Positions 7,710 to 11,813 of a stretch of 11,813 nt of DNA are shown here, piece after piece (position 1 is the stretch's first letter; every line of letters begins with the position of its first letter). The stretch is from a virus. Taxonomy: Duplodnaviria > Heunggongvirae > Uroviricota > Caudoviricetes. The notes under the pieces were generated by a model. The model was given only the letters and a program-made list of their open reading frames with translations, was not told where the DNA came from and made no database searches. The position numbers and the translations under genes were made by a program. The stretch lies in the IMG/VR virus record IMGVR_UViG_2663763428_000005, one strand, 5' to 3'.

Positions 7710-8374
7710 TGCTCACGCAGGATCCCTTCAACATTGGAAGAGATGTAAATTATTTTAGAGCGGAGGTGCAAAAGCACCTCAGAACCACTGATGAAATAAA
7801 CAAATCAGTATCAATATTTAGGCAAATAAGTCTTTGTAATACAATTTTAAGTCACAATCCTAATCTAAATCACTCTTCTTATATAAAAGGTTTTATATAT
7901 GATACCTTAAACTCCTTAATTGCCATTATAAAAAAAAGAGAACGGTATCTCCAACTGAACTTCCGCTCAATGGTGGAGCATGTGGCCAGAATAAGCCTCA
8001 ATAAGAACTACAATGGTGGGGATTTTGACCAAACTGTACGTCGTAGAGACTTTGACTTCTTAAAAGCCCAACAAGTCGATGAAGGCTGGTCTTATTTACA
8101 TAATGTCTATATCAACGCCTGTTATTATGTTCACTCCTCCCCCCAAGCGAACCTAAATGTTACATCAACATTTATATCACTTATGGAGGGAGATTGTAAT
8201 TCAACACAGCATAAAATGGTGAAAAAACTTCATGAGGTAGTATCGGCGCTGATGAGAATCATTATAAAGTATTATCATCAGCATATCTCAAACATTTTCT
8301 TTAGAAACAAAAAGGATTTAGAGAAAATAATGGGAAAAAGCCTTTATTCATATTATACCAGCTTAGACAATTAA
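7709..8374 (+). CDS. Hypothetical protein (221 aa), third gene of the ParA-like operon
   Basis: ATG at 7709 preceded by an 'AAGGAAG' Shine-Dalgarno and overlapping the previous stop (TAATG). Contains 'NFRSMVEHVAR' (an Rx4H-type motif of unknown significance). No recognisable domain. Confidence 0.65.
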   Translation: MLTQDPFNIGRDVNYFRAEVQKHLRTTDEINKSVSIFRQISLCNTILSHNPNLNHSSYIKGFIYDTLNSLIAIIKKRERYLQLNFRSMVEHVARISLNKNYNGGDFDQTVRRRDFDFLKAQQVDEGWSYLHNVYINACYYVHSSPQANLNVTSTFISLMEGDCNSTQHKMVKKLHEVVSALMRIIIKYYHQHISNIFFRNKKDLEKIMGKSLYSYYTSLDN

Positions 8375-8439
8375 TTCTCTCATATTCATTGCGTAGAGCA
8401 TAAATATCTATCTAACCACCTAAAATGCCAGAAAATCTA

Positions 8440-9170
8440 GTTGTATACCGGTGCGAAAATATCTCGCGTTTCATCTGCCACTGCTGCTGAATGCCCTGCC
8501 CAGCGAAACAGAGTGTTTCCTTCCCGTCTTTTGCATTGAGGTGCTCCAGCACGCTCATTAACTTTTCGCTCCCAGGACCCAGCGCGTTATCGTCGAATAG
8601 GTTAGGGCATGCTCTGACTGAAGAAGTCCCCCAGCATTACCCCGGCTTTCTGATATCGGTGTCCGTCTTTCCATATTGCATCCAGACTCCCCGTTGCTAC
8701 TGCAATGATATCCCGACTGTCCTGTGTCGGGATGAGCAGCTTCACCGACGCGCTGTTACAGTAGTACGACTCGTTCAACGCAAAGGGTATCGTGTAAAAC
8801 CGATGATGACACTGCCGGCAATCAGCACTGACGTCAGCAAACGTGAGAAAGAACAGATAAGCCGAACGATTTAGGAAATGTTTGAAGAGACTGATATGTG
8901 GATGGTTTCAGTTTAAACGCCTTGAACCGTCATATTACCTAAGTACAATCCGCTGTGACTGGCAATCATTCAATACTTGCACTATCAAAAGTGCATCAGC
9001 CAACCGCAGCACGTCTTGCATACGACCTGTCTGCGGTTTCAATCACCTCTCACCACCAGTCCCATCAATAATAATTAAACAGCGCCTAAACAAAATAAAT
9101 AACAACAAGTCAACAACCTCGACAGGATGCCGATGGGATGATGAAGAGATAAGAAAGAATAACTAGTAAA
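8440..9170. other. GC-richer segment without a convincing gene; possible degraded gene remnant
   Basis: Composition differs from the flanking AT-rich genes. The plus-strand ORFs here (8491..8874, 8882..9166) have odd Cys/Ser/Pro/Arg-rich compositions. On the minus strand, a 48-codon frame runs from an internal Met to a stop near 8420 (MSVLEHLNAKDGKETLCFAGQGIQQQWQMKREIFSHRYTTRFSGILGG); an upstream stop was not located. Confidence 0.25.
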
Positions 9171-9304
9171 GCCCTAAAACGTCAGCGTTCAGACGCGTTT
9201 TTTACTTAACCGGTAACAAATACGTTGTATCATAGCAACATAAAATGATTGTTCTAAATCAGATTAACTCCTCACTTTTGTACAATGTCGCTTACAGGTA
9301 TACC

Positions 9305-11194
9305 ATGAAATCCGAGACGCTAACTGTCCAACAACTTTTTCAAGACCGCCGACAATACTGTGTTCCATTCTATCAACGTGCCTATGTATGGACTCAGCGA
9401 AACCAATGGTCAGCTCTACTGGAGGATATCCTAGAGAAAGCACAATCCCGGCTCTCGGGTACAAAACCAACTCCCCATTTCCTTGGTGCAGTGGTACTGG
9501 AACCTCAACCAAAAAAAGGATTATTCGGTGTAGATTCCATACATATTATTGATGGTCAGCAACGATTGACCACTCTTCAATATGTTCTGGCATCCATCCG
9601 ATTAGCATTACGTGCGACAGATCTTTCCAACTTAGAGCCTCTCATTTCGTCTTGCCTGAAAAACTCAAACGAAGACACAATGCGAAATAAAGAAGTAGAG
9701 CGCTTCAAACTGTGGCCAACTTTTCGGGATCAAACTCATTTTATTCAAAGTTTTAATGTTGAAAATATTGACGATATCCGGAATGTATTCTCTGATAGTT
9801 TCACGCAGCATGGTACGTTGCGTAAGCATTTTAATCACCCGCCATCACTAGAAGCATTATGTTTTTTTACTGAAGCCTTTATAAAGTGGATTAAAATAGA
9901 AAATCACTCACCACGAGAAAATGCTGTAGCATTAATTGAGGCTGTCTTGACGGATCTGAAACTAGTAAGCATATTTCTCGAGGCTGAAGATGACGCTCAA
10001 ATAATTTTTGAAACATTAAATGGCAGAGGTGCGGAACTTCATGCCACAGATCTTATTCGCAATTATATTTTTATGTGCGCTGAACATGAAAATATTAATG
10101 CTGTTGAATTATATGAGAATGAGTGGAAGATCTTTGAAGATACGTACTGGTCAGAAAGACAACGTCGTGGTCGTATTAATAAACCACGCATGGAGTGGCT
10201 AGTGCATGCAACATTGCAATCAGAAAGGCAACGTGAAATCGATCTGTCTCGTCTTTACAATGAGTATCGTGATTATGTAAGTAAGGACTTGCCTTCACAA
10301 CGAGCAGATCTGCAAGTAAAGCGCCTCAAACAATATGCATCACAATATAAAGAATTGGTTGGTGGTTTTGGCACAACCCCCATCTCACACTTTGGACATC
10401 GCATCGCAGCCTATGATGTGACGACACTTTATCCGCTTGCTTTGTTCATTTCGATAGCTAACATCGCCGATGATGAGAAAGCAGCCATGTATAATGATCT
10501 TGTCTCCTACGTAGTACGAAGAGCCGTATGTGGCCTGACGCCAAAGAATTACAACAATGTATTTATGAATGTATTGCGGCACTTGTCTAAAACAGAAATT
10601 TCCAGTGTTGAGTTACGTAATATCCTCAATAGCTTAAATGGCGAAGCCTCACGTTGGCCTGGGGACTCAGAATTTCTCAACGCTTGCATCAATGCTCCAC
10701 TTTATCCTGGCAGGCTCGACGCACCGAAAATGCGCTCAATGTTAACGGAACTTGAAAGAGAACTTTGTCGCCAAGTGAAGACAGAGAAGCCTGATGTTCC
10801 AAATCTTTCTAACCTCGATATCGATCATCTTATGCCTCAAAGTTGGTATTCCTGTTGGCCTCTCGAAAATGGTCATATAGTGACAAATTCAGATGCTACG
10901 GTATTGAACCAAATTGTTCTGTCTGGAACCGATCTTACCCCAGAACAGCTACTGGTAAGGAAACGGCAACAAGCGATAGCTACGTTGGGAAATCTAACTT
11001 TGCTTAACCTTAGCGTAAACCGTTCTGTTCAGAATGCTGTATTTCTGAAAAAACGTGATGCTCTCATCGTCCACACCAATCTACGACTGAACATTCCACT
11101 TATAGTTAAGGATAAATGGGATGAGGATGAAATCCTGGAGCGGGGTAAAAAGTTGGGGGAAATTGCATTGAAAGTATGGCCAAAACACGATTAA
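9305..11194 (+). CDS. GmrSD-like DUF262/DUF1524 protein; putative type IV (modification-dependent) restriction endonuclease or related defence nuclease
   Basis: N-terminal DUF262/ParB-like signatures 'VPFYQRAYVW' and 'IIDGQQRLTTL'. C-terminal DUF1524/His-Me-finger-like 'DIDHLMPQSW' and 'GNLTLLNLSVN'. Start uncertain: ATG at 9245 (longest ORF, no Shine-Dalgarno) or ATG at 9305 (AGG about 9 nt upstream, motif spacing typical for the family). Confidence 0.85.
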   Translation: MKSETLTVQQLFQDRRQYCVPFYQRAYVWTQRNQWSALLEDILEKAQSRLSGTKPTPHFLGAVVLEPQPKKGLFGVDSIHIIDGQQRLTTLQYVLASIRLALRATDLSNLEPLISSCLKNSNEDTMRNKEVERFKLWPTFRDQTHFIQSFNVENIDDIRNVFSDSFTQHGTLRKHFNHPPSLEALCFFTEAFIKWIKIENHSPRENAVALIEAVLTDLKLVSIFLEAEDDAQIIFETLNGRGAELHATDLIRNYIFMCAEHENINAVELYENEWKIFEDTYWSERQRRGRINKPRMEWLVHATLQSERQREIDLSRLYNEYRDYVSKDLPSQRADLQVKRLKQYASQYKELVGGFGTTPISHFGHRIAAYDVTTLYPLALFISIANIADDEKAAMYNDLVSYVVRRAVCGLTPKNYNNVFMNVLRHLSKTEISSVELRNILNSLNGEASRWPGDSEFLNACINAPLYPGRLDAPKMRSMLTELERELCRQVKTEKPDVPNLSNLDIDHLMPQSWYSCWPLENGHIVTNSDATVLNQIVLSGTDLTPEQLLVRKRQQAIATLGNLTLLNLSVNRSVQNAVFLKKRDALIVHTNLRLNIPLIVKDKWDEDEILERGKKLGEIALKVWPKHD

Positions 11195-11215
11195 TGCAAT
11201 TAATAAAATGATTAT

Positions 11216-11241
11216 AGCGGCCTTACATTAGTAAGGCCGCT
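11216..11241 (+). terminator. Stem-loop, probable transcription terminator downstream of the GmrSD-like gene
   Basis: Perfect 11-bp inverted repeat 'AGCGGCCTTAC-ATTA-GTAAGGCCGCT' 22 nt after the stop codon. There is no strong T-tract on the plus strand; the minus-strand flank is T-rich, so it could act bidirectionally. Confidence 0.5.
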
Positions 11242-11446
11242 ACTCACTATTAAATCCTTTAATTTGCAACAAGAACAGCAGTGTCAGCCCTAGGTTTCGG
11301 ACTTTGTACCGCTTATCTTGTCTTCAAAATCAGCTCGCATCCTGCACAGTTCAGCGCATTACGTTGTAGATCTGTGTTCTGGTCATTTGTTGATACGCGA
11401 ACATAGCCAATAAGCATGATAGCTCCTCCTGACAAAAACAGGAACG

Positions 11447-11687
11447 ATGCCATTTGCGCGCTATTTCTGCATTTTCATAAACGTTCAATTGGGAGAAGCG
11501 GCAAAACGGGATGTCGGAACCGGTAATAATCAACTCCCGGACATGTCCGCATTTGGTATGTCGCGAAACGGACAAACTGCCTGGGATATTCTCCCAAATG
11601 GTATGATTCGACAGGTTGGTACTGTGACACTGACGCCTGTTGGTAATTTCAACGCAATTACTCTTGGTGGAGTGCTGTACTACACCC
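11447..11687 (+). pseudogene. ORF truncated by IS insertion (unknown product)
   Basis: The plus-strand ORF 11447..11716 runs straight into the IS terminal repeat; its last 9 codons (TLNRPGNPGD) are encoded by IS sequence, so the native 3' end is missing. Product not recognised. Confidence 0.3.
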
Positions 11688-11813
11688 TGAACCGCCCCGG
11701 GAATCCTGGAGACTAAACTTCCTGAGAAAGAGGTAAACAGGATGACTAAAAATACTCGTTTTTCCCCCGAAGTCCGTCAACGGGCAGTCCGTATGGTTCT
11801 GGAAAGTCAGAGC
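11688..11813 (+). mobile_element. Left end of an IS3-family insertion sequence (IS629/IS1203/IS3411-like), continuing beyond the window
   Basis: Terminal sequence 'TGAACCGCCCCGGGAATCCTGGAGACTAAACTTCCTGAGAAAGAGGTAAACAGG' followed by the ATG of orfA; this matches the left inverted repeat and leader of IS629-group elements as remembered. Confidence 0.75.
11742..11813 (+). CDS. IS3-family transposase OrfA (N-terminal HTH part), partial: runs off the window end
   Basis: ATG at 11742 with a 'GAGAAAGAGG' Shine-Dalgarno. Translation 'MTKNTRFSPEVRQRAVRMVLESQS' is the characteristic N-terminus of IS629/IS1203-type OrfA. Not in the ORF track because no stop lies within the window. Confidence 0.8.
   Translation, partial: MTKNTRFSPEVRQRAVRMVLESQS

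Noticed and set aside
8491-9166. Plus-strand ORFs 8491..8874 (127 aa) and 8882..9166 (94 aa) as real genes
   Set aside because: Cys/Ser/Pro/Arg-rich, no recognisable motifs, no convincing Shine-Dalgarno. The region is kept only as a possible gene remnant.
9176-9204. Rho-independent terminator upstream of the GmrSD-like gene
   Set aside because: The stem is only about 6 AT-rich base pairs with a 12-14-nt loop despite the following T6 run. Too weak to call.
11351-11575. Minus-strand 74-aa ORF near the IS
   Set aside because: Overlaps the plus-strand truncated ORF, Cys-rich, no recognisable features; cannot be distinguished from chance.
1-11813. CRISPR array or other regularly spaced repeat array
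   Set aside because: No regularly spaced direct repeats of 25-40 bp were seen anywhere in the window.

Overview
Mosaic accessory (genomic-island) DNA, most likely enterobacterial, with two candidate undescribed defence operons. A P4-type tyrosine integrase (4308-5516, -) sits 164 bp downstream of a 46-nt copy of the 3' end of tRNA-Thr(CGU) (5680-5725, -), which is an attachment-site repeat rather than an intact tRNA. Left of the integrase is an AT-rich, translationally coupled three-gene operon on the minus strand: a gamma-class N6-adenine DNA methyltransferase, a P-loop ATPase with a C-terminal zinc ribbon and helix-hairpin-helix tail, and an unknown protein carrying an Rx4H motif. This is candidate system 1. 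Right of the tRNA repeat, after about 750 bp with no convincing ORF, is a second AT-rich coupled operon on the plus strand: a ParA/MinD-like ATPase plus two small proteins with no recognisable domains. This is candidate system 2. Further right are a GC-richer stretch with no convincing gene, a GmrSD-like (DUF262/DUF1524) putative type IV restriction enzyme with a hairpin terminator, and the left end of an IS3-family element (IS629/IS1203-like) that truncates an upstream ORF. No rRNA, intact tRNA or CRISPR array was seen. All functional calls rest on motifs read by eye and remembered family signatures; no database search was run.
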